Made by a program: the position numbers and the translations under genes. From Emiliania huxleyi CCMP1516 (taxonomy: Eukaryota), in contig NW_005202427.1 in the NCBI RefSeq assembly GCF_000372725.1, forward strand, positions 701,090 through 763,047: a stretch of 61,958 bases of DNA, in the 5' to 3' direction. Positions 49,558 through 60,898 of the stretch are shown here, piece after piece. Each line of letters begins with the position of its first letter. Position 1 is the first letter of the stretch. The notes under the pieces are model-generated. The model was not told the DNA's origin and ran no database searches. It saw only the letters and a list, made by a program, of their open reading frames with translations.

Positions 49558-49849
49558 CCCTCAGGATAGCTTGAACGCAACGGTTTTGTCAGGTAAAGCG
49601 AATGATTAGAGGCCTGTGGGCTGAAACAGCTTGCACCTATTCTCAAACTTCAAATGGGCAAGAGGTCCGGGATGCTTGAGTGATCCCGGGCGGCGAACGG
49701 CGCGTTCAAAGTGGGCCATTTTTGGTAAGCAGAACTGGCGATGCGGGATGAACCGAACGCCGCGCTAAGGTACCCAAGTGTCCTCTCATCAGATACCACA
49801 AAAGGCGTTGGTACCTCCAGACAGCAGGACGGTGGCCATGGAAGTCGGA

Positions 49850-49886
<37 letters not shown>

Positions 49887-50126
49887 GTACTAGCCCTGAA
49901 AATGGATGGCGCTCAAGCGGACCACCGATGCGCGGCCGCCGGCGCGAGCGCGAGGCGCCGGCGAGTAGGAGGGCGCGGGGCTCGCGGCGCAGCCTTGGGC
50001 GCGAGCCTGGGTGAAGCGGGCCCCGGTGCAGATCTTGGTGGTAGTAGCAAATATTCAAATGAGAACTTTGAAGACTGAAGTGGAGAAAGGTTCCGTGTGA
50101 ACAGCAGTTGGACACGGGTGAGCCGA
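49402..50126 (+). rRNA. isolated 28S (LSU) rRNA gene fragment
   Basis: Universal LSU motifs GACCCGAAAGATGGTGAACTATGC, GGTAAGCAGAACTGGCGATG and GCAGATCTTGGTGGTAGTAG. It ends abruptly at GGGTGAGCCGA, and there is no other rDNA in the window. Confidence 0.95.
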
Positions 50127-50509
50127 CGATCAAGCGTCCCGAGCGGCGAGAACTCGAATGACAGTAGCTCGCCCAGCGCGTCGAAGGCCTTGAGCCGAAT
50201 GGCGCAGGCGATCGGGTGATGGCAGCATGACGTCGGGTTCTCATCCGCGACCTTCGTCTTGGGCGCCCTCTTCTTCTTGCCGCCTGCTGCGCCGAGTGCT
50301 GCTGCTGTTGCCGATTCCTCGCAGCGGCTCGCGAGCGCTCCACCTCCTTGCGCACGCGCTTGCTCTCCGCCGCCCTCCGCTTGTGGAACTCGCGGAACTC
50401 GCGCTCCATCCGACTCTGGCCTCGTCCTCTCCCTCTGCCGCGCTCCCGTGGCCCGGTGCCTCATCCGCCTGACCCGCGGCATCCTCGTCGTGCTCGGAGA
50501 GCATCCAGG

Positions 50510-52020
50510 AAGCCGTCTGGTGAGGTGGTCGAGCCGCTGGGTGCGACGGCCCTCGGCATTATGGTGCACAACAGGGCTGTTTGGCGTCTCGCGGGCAGGG
50601 GTTGGGCGTTGCGCGCACATGAGGAGCCATGACTTCGTCTACTGCGAATTCTTACAGCAGGCGCAGCGGCGGTACACCTCCGGCGTACACCATCGCAACT
50701 GGCTCGCCCTCGCCGAAGCCTTCGTCAGCGAGGCATCCCGGCGGGGCGGCCGCTACAAGACTGGCAGGTGCAAGAACCACAAGTGCTGGCGCGAGGCGAT
50801 TCGGTTCGTCGCAGTCAGCCAGGAGGGGGCTGGCGCCTTCCTGAATGCGATCCCCATGCGGGATGATATGAAGATGGAGACGTGGGCGATGCGCATTACA
50901 GTTCAGCGCCGCCTCGGCCTCCCGCTCGATGTTGCCTGCCAGGCGGTGGAGGCGGGCAAGAAGGCGCCAAACGGCAAGCCGCACGAAGAACTCGGCGATG
51001 CCGCAATGGTCAACCCGCGTGCGAAGCACGCGACAAGACACAAATACCTGCGCAAACGACTCGTCAAGACCCTTCGCTCGGCGTGGGGCATGCTCATCGA
51101 GATGGAGCCGACTGCACACCTCAGTTACAGTAACCCAAAACAACCTGACGTGGCGGCGGCGAACATCGGCAAAGGGCATGTGCGCCTCGTTGGCGACTTG
51201 AAACTTACGAGCTCGCTTGCGTGCAAGGGTGGCGATCGGCTCGGCTGGAAGGGGGCTTTTGTCGCCTTCGGCAACACCGAGCGGGCGCTGCTCGACTTAG
51301 TGTTAGGGCATGCTGCATGGCCGCGGCCGGAGGGGGGGGGGGAGGGGGGGGGGAGGGGGGGGGGGGAAACCGAAGATGCAAAGGCGGAGGCGGCGGCGGC
51401 GGAAGAGGAGGAGGAGGAGAGTGAGGGGGAGGCGGAGGCGGGGCACCTGTGACGGCCCCCTACGAGAAGGGCGACTACCGGTTCGCGCGGGAGAAGAATT
51501 GCGACCTGCGTTTGCTCGACTTCGAGACGTTCGGCGGCTTCGGGAACGGCGTCCGCAAAATTCTTCGGCAGGCGGCGGACCAGCTGAGTAACAAACTTTC
51601 GCACGCTCAGCACCTCGATGAGGTCACATGGACCACCAAGAACTGGCACGGGCTGCATCTGCAGCGCTTGTCTGTCGTTCTCCACACCGCCGTGGCGTGG
51701 CAGACGGTGAACGAGCTAGCGTGCGGGACAGCGGCATTGATGTGCACGGTGCTAAGTGCATTGCCGCTCTTAACGGAGTCGCTTAGGCGGCTCCGGTGGT
51801 GTGCCTGTCTGTGATAGTACTAGCACGCGCCAGTTCGCACCTGTGTCGAGCCTGTCTGCTGTGAGAGAGACTTATTTTGTTTACATTCTTCTTTTGCACA
51901 ACACCTGGTGTACCTGTGTTAGTGCCAGTGCGCGCCAGTCCCGTGCCCAGTGTTGTGCGAGGGAGCTTTGTTGTAAAAATTTTCTTCTTTTTTTGAGAGC
52001 GCCTTCGTTGTTAATAATAA
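50510..52020 (+). mobile_element. 5'-truncated, frameshifted non-LTR retrotransposon with restriction-like endonuclease (CRE/R2-group-like), plus 3' UTR
   Basis: GAGAFLNAIP...QRRLGLP...HATRH...PDVAA..GDLK (PD-D/ExK)...AFGNTE, then a shifted frame with FETFGGFG...LQRLSVVLH. No RT domain is present. Confidence 0.8.
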
Positions 52021-52506
52021 GACAGACAGACGGACACTTGCTGTAGCCACATGACACGCACACACACACACTCACACCGCACCGCACCCCGCACCCACGC
52101 CCCCCCCCCGCCTCGCCTGAGTTGGAAGGAGATGGGAAGCTGGAACAGCCCGAGGAAAGGAGCGAAACAAACACGTATGGGAGGTTGAAATCGTGCACCA
52201 CGCTGCCCGGCGTTTCTCACTTTCCGGGACAGCCCCGCCCTTTCGAGGCAGGAAAGTGGTGGCTACCCCGTACGTCCAGCCCACTACGACCCCCTCGCCG
52301 ACCGCCCGGACTAAAATTCTTCTTTTGATCAAGACGCCAGCCTCTTACGAACATACCCGTAGGTGAACTGCTGACAGGATTTTGATAAAGAGAAAGCGGA
52401 TACGAAACAAGAACACAACGCAATCTCTCACATGACAAGCGATCCCACGTCAGCGATTGTGGGGACTACATGATTACACGAAGGGTGGGGGGGGCCGTCC
52501 GCAGAG

Positions 52507-53090
52507 CTAGGCGGCGCGGGCACCCCCCACTGGGGCCGAGCGTAAGAAGCCGTTTGCCGCTTGCTTGTTCTTGATCCAGTTGGTGCGCATCTTGCGCGCC
52601 TGCTTGTTGATGTTGTCGGCGTCGCCCGCCACCGCCGCCATGGAGATCTGCTGCGTGTGGTGGACGACGAAGGAGGAGGCGCTCGCCGACGCCGCCCCGT
52701 ACTCCGTCCGGTCCGTCTTGCTGCCCGCCGCCTCCTTGGCGAACACGTGGAGAAACTGCTTGGTGGGCGGTGCAATGCCACCCAAAGTCTCAACGAGCAC
52801 CAGCCGCGTTATGGCTTTCTTGACCCACTTCGCGTCGTAGTACTGCGCCCCCGTCCACTTCCTTGACCCATTCTTCTCGACCCATCCGTCTCCATACGCA
52901 TGGTCTTTGACCCATCCCTTTCCAGTCGAGTGGTCGAGCGGCCCGTCCACCTGCCGGCCACGCTCCTTGCACCCCACGACCGCCGTCAACGCCTTATCCA
53001 GCGTGTTTCCAAACCCGTATGGCCAACCGATGCCACATTGCCACCCTTTTCCCACGAGCCTCTCCCCGACGTCGTGGACTTTCAAGAAAG
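52507..53090 (-). mobile_element. 3' fragment of RLE-type non-LTR retrotransposon
   Basis: YGFGNT...GCKERGRQVDGPLDHSTGKGWV...LVETLGG...DRTEYG...SFVVHHTQQIS. Confidence 0.75.
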
Positions 53091-53124
53091 AAAGTGTAAC
53101 CTTCGGGGCTCGCCCGGCTCCAAG

Positions 53125-55491
53125 ATGCGCCGCAGCCGCCGCAGCCGCAGCACCTCGACCCCGTCTGCTGGCGAGCCCGCTGCGAAACGGCGGCATGCCG
53201 GCAGGGCGGCTGCGGACGGCGGTGCTGCGGCGGCAGCGGTGGCCGATGTCGAGATTGAGGATGCCGACGCAGCGTTGGCGGCGGCGGCCGACGGCAGCCA
53301 TGTCGAGCGCGAGGACGCCGACCAAGTTGCCGGTGAGGCTGAGCGGGAGTCTCATCCCGCCAACCGGCCGCGGCGCGCTTCCAGCCGAGCAGTCAGCAGC
53401 GCCAGCGAGGGCAGCCGACCCGTGCCAAGGGTGGTCCTCAAGCTTGCGGGCTTCGAGGAGTGGGCTGCAGCGCGGGTGGGCGGACGCAGCGGCCAGGGCG
53501 TGGCCTCGACGGCGATGGTGCCGTTCGAGGCCCACCCCGAAGAGGGGGAGGGGGAGGAGGAGGAGGAGGAGGAGGAGGAGGAGGAGGAGGAGGAGGAGGA
53601 GGGCAGGCAGGTGGAGGGCGGGGCGGCGGCCGAGCGGCTCGCGCCGCGCTGGAGCGTGCCTGTGGGTCCGAGCTGGCGTGCGTACGGCAGCTTCGAGGAC
53701 GCGGGGCAGGACGTGGTCCACCGCGGCGGGCCCCTCGACCCGGCCACGCCTCTGCCAATCGACGGCGGCGCTCCCGAGGCTGCGAGCTTCTGGCGCGGCG
53801 GCGGCGGCGGCGGCGGGAGCGGCGGCGGCGGCGGCGGGAGCGGCGGCGGCGGCGGCGGGAGGAGCGGCGGCGGCGGCGGGAGGAGCGGCGGCGGCGGCGG
53901 GAGAGGCGGCCGCCAGCCGCATGCCGGGCGGATGCACTGCTGGCACCCGGTGCCGTCGGGCGTGTATGCGCACGTGCTCGACCAGTGGCGCGACTTTCGG
54001 CGGGCGAGCGACGCGCATCTCGGCAGCGGCGCGAGGGAGGGCGCGGCGAAGGCAGCTGCGGGGCGGGGGGCGGCGCGGGGGCGCGACGGCCCTCCGCCCA
54101 ACCTGTGGGAGTGCGTGTCCGAGGAGGAGCTCGGCGGGGTGGTGGGGCCGGCGGAGGGTCCCGCCGAGTCGGACGGGGCCCTCCGCCGGCCGCAGCATCC
54201 CGACCCGCAGCAGCCCGAGCCAGCCGGCTCCGCCTCCGCCGCCGTGCGGGCGGCATACGCGCCGCGCTGCGAGCCGCGCTGCGCGCCGCGCTGCGAGCCG
54301 CGCGAGAGGGCAGCCGCCGCCGCGACGCGGACGGCGCCGGCGGCGGACGCCCTCCTCCTGGCCGCACCGCAGAGAGACCACGAGCTGTCGGCGGTCTTCG
54401 AGCAGGCCGCGCAGTGGAGCTCGAAGGGCGTTGTCTTCAAGGCGCTCTCCTCGTTGCAGTACCTGAAGCAGCAGAAGCAGCAGCAGCAGCAGCGCGACGA
54501 GCCGCTCGCCGACGACACTTCCTCGCCGCTCGCTCTCCGCCACGCGCCGCCGCCCGCGCCGTCGTCCGCCGCCGACCTCGCCGCCGCGCGCCGCGCGACG
54601 TACCTAGTCGCGCCGCCGAAGGGCGTGGCGGCGGGCGGCACGTTTCTGGCCGAGGTGGCGGGGCGGCGCCTCCTCCTCCGCGTGCCGGCGGCGTGGCGGG
54701 GAGGGGGCCTCGCGATGCGGCTGCCGCCGCTGCAAGAGGACGGCGCGGCCGACGTGCCGCGTGTGCCGCAACTCGACGCCGCGCGCAGCCAGGGCCCCGC
54801 CGCAGCCGCTGCAGCCCCCTCGTGCGCCGGCGACACGTTCGAGGCGCGCGCGGGCGGCAGGTCCGTCGCGGCCGGCGGGCTGGTGATGTCCGCCCTCCCC
54901 GCCGGCGAAGGGCGCGCCGCCGAGCTGGTGGCGGTGCCTCTGCACGCGCCGCTCGCCGCCGGGGGCTCGGTCCGCTTCTCGCCCGCCCCGCTGCCGCACC
55001 CGCTGAGCGAGCCAATCGGCACTGGCCGCCTGCCCGAGCCGGTGGCCGCCACTTCCGCGGTGCACGCGGGCCAGCAGCGCGTGGCGGTCAAGGTGCCGGT
55101 GGGCGGCAGCGGAGTCGGCAGCGTCCTGCTCGTCCGGGTGCCGCCCGGGTGCGGTTCACGGCAGGATTGCGAGCCCGTGGCGGGCGGCAGCGCGCCCACC
55201 CTCGCCGCCCTCGTCGTCCCCAGCGCCGGCTGCACCAACCTGACCCTCCTCTGCTCGCCGGGCTGGGGAGACGCGCCCGCCGGCGCCACGCACAGCCCGC
55301 AGCCCTCCTACTTCGAGGCGGAGGTGCCCTTGCAGTCTAAGCCCGGCGAGTGGCTCCTCGCGAGCGCGGGGGACGGCCGCCTGGTCAGCTTCACGGTGCC
55401 GAAGGAGCTGCCCGCAAGCAGGAAGGTGGTGGTGCAGGCGGAGGCCTCGGCTGCACCCGCGTGGCGCGGCAGGTGCGCGAGGGCCGTCTGA
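53125..55491 (+). CDS. hypothetical protein (788 aa; acidic/Gly tracts, C-terminal V-P-rich beta modules)
   Basis: Long uninterrupted ORF from ATG 53125 with protein-like segments (FEAEVPLQSKPGEWL..VSFTVP). Confidence 0.55.
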   Translation: MRRSRRSRSTSTPSAGEPAAKRRHAGRAAADGGAAAAAVADVEIEDADAALAAAADGSHVEREDADQVAGEAERESHPANRPRRASSRAVSSASEGSRPVPRVVLKLAGFEEWAAARVGGRSGQGVASTAMVPFEAHPEEGEGEEEEEEEEEEEEEEEEGRQVEGGAAAERLAPRWSVPVGPSWRAYGSFEDAGQDVVHRGGPLDPATPLPIDGGAPEAASFWRGGGGGGGSGGGGGGSGGGGGGRSGGGGGRSGGGGGRGGRQPHAGRMHCWHPVPSGVYAHVLDQWRDFRRASDAHLGSGAREGAAKAAAGRGAARGRDGPPPNLWECVSEEELGGVVGPAEGPAESDGALRRPQHPDPQQPEPAGSASAAVRAAYAPRCEPRCAPRCEPRERAAAAATRTAPAADALLLAAPQRDHELSAVFEQAAQWSSKGVVFKALSSLQYLKQQKQQQQQRDEPLADDTSSPLALRHAPPPAPSSAADLAAARRATYLVAPPKGVAAGGTFLAEVAGRRLLLRVPAAWRGGGLAMRLPPLQEDGAADVPRVPQLDAARSQGPAAAAAAPSCAGDTFEARAGGRSVAAGGLVMSALPAGEGRAAELVAVPLHAPLAAGGSVRFSPAPLPHPLSEPIGTGRLPEPVAATSAVHAGQQRVAVKVPVGGSGVGSVLLVRVPPGCGSRQDCEPVAGGSAPTLAALVVPSAGCTNLTLLCSPGWGDAPAGATHSPQPSYFEAEVPLQSKPGEWLLASAGDGRLVSFTVPKELPASRKVVVQAEASAAPAWRGRCARAV

Positions 55492-55832
55492 GCGGAGACC
55501 GCCCGCCGACCTATCTCTCTCTCTCTCTCTATGTGGTCTCTCTATGAATGTGCGCATCTACTTGCCGGATGCCGCCATGATGTTCCTGTGTAATGATTGT
55601 GTAAAGCCGTGCTGTGTACCCTTCAAATTCAGATCACCTAAAAATGGTACCTGGAACGCCCGGCTGACCGGAGAGGATAACCAGAAACCACGGCGCGGGG
55701 TGGGTCGGAGGGGTGTGCGAAAAGGCTCACTCTGTACCTCAGTCCTCACGCTCCTTAACTTCACTCACACTGCTGCTAGTTTCTTTTATCAAACATCCAT
55801 TACGTACGCATTAGGAATCCTTCCTCGCCACG

Positions 55833-58050
55833 TCAACGGAGCGGCGGCAGCGACTTGTACGCCTCGGTATTCTTAATGGAACCCCAGCAATTGTGACCGT
55901 GCACGCTTTGGCAAGCATAACTGTAGCCCCAAAAATTCGTGCTCCACTTGGCGAACTTGCCCGACCGGTCGATTCGGGTCGACATCGGGCAGTATGCCTC
56001 CTCGGGCAGCACAAGCACGCGGAGCCGGGGGTGGACCCCCCTAGTCCATTCAAACCACATCATCTCCTGGTCGCCCTGTCGCACTTCGGGCTTGGTGTTC
56101 TCCCCCTTATCCGGTCCATCGTCGAGGCGGGTGTGCTGCCGCCAGAGCAGTCGTTTCGCTGCGCCCACAAAGAAGCTGCGCACGTCAGCTGAGGAGCTGT
56201 TGAATGCAACGATGCAGCTGCATAGAAGCGGGGCGCTGTGATTAGCGAAGGGTTGCTTCCTTCGGTTTGGATCGAGAGGCGCGGCCACGTCGGCGACTGA
56301 AAGTGACTTGGCGAGTAGATTGTGGACAAATGTGGGCTCCATGACGAAGACGTCGCTGTCGAGAAAGAGGGAGCGCTCAAAAGGCGAGAGGAGGTAGGCT
56401 GAAAACTTGCCCAGATAGAAGATGAGCATGCCTTCTTGTGCGCGTGCGTTGTACGAGGTTTCGTTCGAGGTGCGCAGGTCATCAATCAGCGCCGCCAGCT
56501 CCGGGGCGGTGCGCTCGCCGCGTGTCAGAGGCACATGCAAGTCCCACAGGTGCTGAGCGTTAGCCGCCTCCAGCAGACTGGCTGCCTCGCTGTTATGGAC
56601 GAGCGCCATGGGGTACATTGGGCTCATTCGTGCACGAAGCAAACGTGCCGCGCCGATGGTCTCGTCAAGCGCGCGGCGCGCCGAGGGGGGGCCACCCTTC
56701 CGCTGCTTAGCGACCACTACATTCATGACGACACCAGCGTGCGGAATCGGTGTCTCTGCACCCGAGTGAGAGATTGGTTGGCTTGCAAGACCCGGTGAGC
56801 GGGTCGACGTAATCGGGGGTGACGTCGCTGTCCGTGTCGACCGTGCCCTCCTCGGCGTCCGGGATGTTGTCACCATCTGACTCGAGGTCGAGGTAGACGG
56901 GGGTGCTTTGCCAGGAGCTGAGCGCCGCGTCGGGCTCTTGCTGGACGCGCTCTTAATCGCATAAGAGCTGTTGCCCGACAAATCGCGCATCGCCGACCAC
57001 GATTGCAGGATCGTCAGCACAGGCCGAAGGTGTCCATGGGATGCGCGATCCTCGGCAATGGCTCGCTCGATGATGGCGAGGATTGCATGCGCAATTTCAT
57101 TCCGCATCTCATCGCGCGCACGCTTCTTCCATGCTGTCGGGGCCCGGAGGGAGGCGGGGAGGGGTTGATCGAGGGCAGGGGGCCGTGTGTGGTGGGTGGG
57201 GGAGGGGTAGAGGGCGGAGGGGGGGTCCGCCTGTCACGTGCAGGACGGTCGCGCCGGCCTCCACAAGCGCTCGCACGTGCCAATCCCAGCCAAGGCTCGG
57301 GGCCCAGCCAAACTTGCGCCAAGGAAAGGTGCGCACATCAAGCGCGCCAATAAGTGCACTAGGATGCCTTGCCATGTATTCGGTAGGCCAAACGCACGAC
57401 GCGTAGTCCCAGTTGTTCACGCCTTTGCGCCATGAGCCTGTACGCATATAGCGGAGCCAGTCCTTCCCGAAGCTAGTGCCTGGCGGCGCAAGCATAGCGC
57501 CATTGTTGAGTTTGCCGGACCACGAGTCGTTGTTTGCTATGTTTGGCCTCCCGTCGGCACGACGCGGAGGTTTGGCACGATCGTGCTCAGTTCCCAACAC
57601 AAAAACGCGGCAGCGACGATACCTTTGCACGTCCCTGCTCACAACAAACGCGTCACCGTCGAGAAACCAGCCGCCATACTGATGCAACACCATTGCACGA
57701 TGGGCGTCCGCTTTGTGGGCAGCCAGCTTCAGCTGCTTTGGCAGGGCAGTCTCATCGATGGCCAACTGCTGGAAGCTGCGGTTTGCGAACAGCATGCCGA
57801 AACCGGTGCAAGTGGACAATGCAGGCACATCCTTCCCGACGTGGTACTTGATGGCGGAAGGCTGGAGAAAGACCGTGGCCGCGAGCAATGAGAGCAGATC
57901 CTGCATTGGCGGGCAAGTCTCTCCGATCCAAATCTTGTGCAAGACGTTGGGGATAACTTCTGCACTTCCTCCGCATAGTGGTGGCGCTGCGTCGGCAAGC
58001 AGCGGCATTCGGCGCACGCACGCGGAGCCGTGTGATGTTGCTGTATGCTG
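55833..58050 (-). CDS. two-domain glycosyltransferase: GT32-like DxD domain + nucleotide-diphospho-sugar transferase (GT8/GT77-like) domain
   Basis: First domain: IPNVLHKIW..HKADAHR..GGWFLDGD..LNNGAM. Second domain: KFSAYLLSPFERSLFLDSD..GDQ. A GC-AG intron at 57134-57230 joins them in frame. The 5' exon is unresolved. Confidence 0.75.
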
Positions 58051-58548
58051 ATACACAAACTCTCTTTTCTAAATCCCCTCTCTCTCGTTTGTGAGCACTT
58101 GAGCACGGCAGGGGTCCGCCAGCAGCTCAAACTCGCCTTCAAACATTAAGCGCGGAAATATCAGCACCGGGACGGCGGCAAACAAAGCTCTCGCCCTATG
58201 AAAGTAAATTTAAATGTAGCTGCATGCCTACTCTGGGTGTTCGCCGCCGCTATAAAGGGGGGAAAAAAGTGAGAAGAGGAATGGGGGAGGGGGGGAAAGT
58301 GGTGCGTGGTGGGCGGCAAGGGCGGGGGGCGCGGGCGGCCCTCCCCCTCTCTCTCGGCCCTGACAGCTGACTCCACACGACACCCTCCAAGTAAGTAACT
58401 CCGCTAAAGCCGTACGACCTCCGTTCTTCCGCCTCTTACAATAACTGCTACTCTTTTTGTGGCCTTGGACAATATCTCGCCCGATCGACTGAACTGCAGC
58501 TGAACCGTCTGTGAATCTCAACACGAGACTCCAATGCATTATTGTCTC

Positions 58549-60145
58549 TCAATCCCGACTCCGGAGCCCCTCCCTTCCCCAATCCACGGACGCGTCCCAA
58601 CTCGAGGCGCGGGCCCGCGTGGTGCCCGTGAAGCTGCGGCTGCGCCTGAGCCGCAGCCCCATCCGCACGGCGTCCACCCCCTTCCGCACGGCGTCGGCCC
58701 TCCTCCCAGACGCCTCCTTGAGCTCGCCAATGATCTCCGACAGCCGTCGCGCCGTCGCGTCAAAGTGGCGTGGCGTGCCCGTCTTGGTGCCGGCCGAGGC
58801 GACACGTCGAGGGCCAGCCGAGCGCGGGTCGCCGGCCAAGTCAGCGAGGTCGAAGACGACGCACCTCGGGTCGCCTCGCTCGCGCAGCTCCCGCTTCCAC
58901 CGCGCCAGCTCCTAAGATTGTCGGGGGCAGGGTTGGTGAAGAGACGCCGCCCGCACGCCCAAGCTGGTCCGGGCGGTGGGCCTCGGTGGCGTGGATGTAG
59001 CCAAGCCTCTGGATCTCGGAGAGGGCGGCGTACTGCAGCAGCCCAAAGTTCTGGACGGCCGGCCGCAGGTAGAGGTCGGCGTGCACGTCGCGCGCCTCGT
59101 CGCGCTGCCACTGAGCGGGGTCTCGAACCGGGCGGGGTCAAGGAGAGCAGGGTTGTCGAGTCGCGGGGCGCGGGGCGTCTCTGTCGGCGCTCTGCCGTCT
59201 CTCTGTCGGCGCTCTGGGGAGGGGCGGGCGGTCATAGCCGCCTCGGACGAGACAAAGGCCAGCTGCGACGCGATGGCCGCCATCGACGGCACGTCGCCCG
59301 GCGCCTGCTCGCCGGCGATCCACGCGCGCAGCCGGCGGAGGAGGAAGGAGAGGCCGCCCAGCGAGGCGCCGTAGTTGGGCGAGAGGAAGGGCGTCTCGGA
59401 GCGCACGTCGACGGCGATGATGGTCGACGCGCCTAATTAGTAACTAACACTAATTAAACATTAATTAACACTAATTAATTAATTAGCGACGATGGTCGAC
59501 GCGCCGAGCTCCCGGCGCATCACGTCGGCGGGCAGGTTATTGACGTAGCCGCCGTCGCAGAGCAGATGCACGACCTCAGTGCCGTGCTCGTCGACAATCG
59601 CGTCGCAGACGGGTGNNNNNNNNNNNNNNNNNNNNNNNNNNNNNNNNNNNNNNNNNNNNNNNNNNNNNNNNNNNNNNNNNNNNNNNNNNNNNNNNNNNNN
59701 NNNNNNNNNNNNNNNNNNNNNNNNNNNNNNNNNNNNNNNNNNNNNNNNNNNNNNNNNNNNNNNNNNNNNNNNNNNNNNNNNNNNNNNNNNNNNNNNNNNN
59801 NNNNNNNNNNNNNNNNNNNNNNNNNNNNNNNNNNNNNNNNNNNNNNNNNNNNNNNNNNNNNNNNNNNNNNNNNNNNNNNNNNNNNNNNNNNNNNNNNNNN
59901 NNNNNNNNNNNNNNNNNNNNNNNAGGGGCCGTTAGGGACCACCGAGGTGCGGGGGGGGGCGGCCGTTCGGTGTAGAGTGGCAGCTTGAGGGCGAGGCGCT
60001 ATCAGGTCGTAAAGCGCCCGCGCGCTTGCGAATGCGCGGCAGAACAACGGAAGCGGGGACAACCCCCGCGTCCCCGAAAGGTGAATAGCAGGAAGGCCCC
60101 GCCTCGCCCCCTCAGCCACAACGACACGCGACCCGCAGACTCCCC

Positions 60146-60194
<49 letters not shown>

Positions 60195-60865
60195 GTGTAG
60201 TGCGTGGCAGCCCGCGCCCCCGCCGCCGAGGACGAGCCCAAACGTCATTCCGGCGAGCGAGCGCGCCAGCCGGTGCACGTCCGAGAGGTAGTGCTGCGCC
60301 TAGAAGGTTCCTAGAAGGTGCCTAGAAGGTTCCTAGCCGGCGCACGTCCGAGAGGTAGTGCTGCGCGTCGTACGAGTCGTCGCCGAGGTGCAGCCGTACG
60401 TGGTGGTGCCTACGGCTCGGGCGAGCCTTCTAGGAGACTTCTAGGAGACTTCTAGGAGACTTCTAGGAGACTTCTAGGAGACTTCTAGGAGACTTCTAGG
60501 GGCGGTGTGCCTACGCTCGAGTGGCCTCGGCTGATCTCAGCCAACCTCGCCGTCGAGGTGCAGCCGCGCGGAGGGGGGGAGGGCGGTGCGTCCGGATAGC
60601 GGAGCGCTGCTCGAGCCAGGCGCGCGTCCCCTTTGGCCGCGCGTGCTGCCCGCGGTGCAGCAGCACAAGCTCGCGGGCCGCGGGGGCGCGGTCCTCGTTG
60701 AGAAGCGCCTCGATCGGCTGCACCGCGTGCGGAGGCAGGCCGCCGCCGCCTAGAAGGCACCTAGAAGGCTCCTAGACGGCTCCTGGAAGGCCGCCGCGTG
60801 CGGGGGCGGGCCGCCGCCGCCGCCGCCGCCGCCGCCGCGCATCGCGCGCAGCACCTCACGCAGAA

Positions 60866-60898
<33 letters not shown>

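Noticed and set aside
49650..50126. ORFs over the rRNA fragment
   Set aside because: Spurious translations of 28S rDNA.
53100..54543. N-terminal part of the 678-aa minus ORF as retroelement protein
   Set aside because: Only its last ~190 aa resemble the element; the rest is antisense to ORF 53125-55491.
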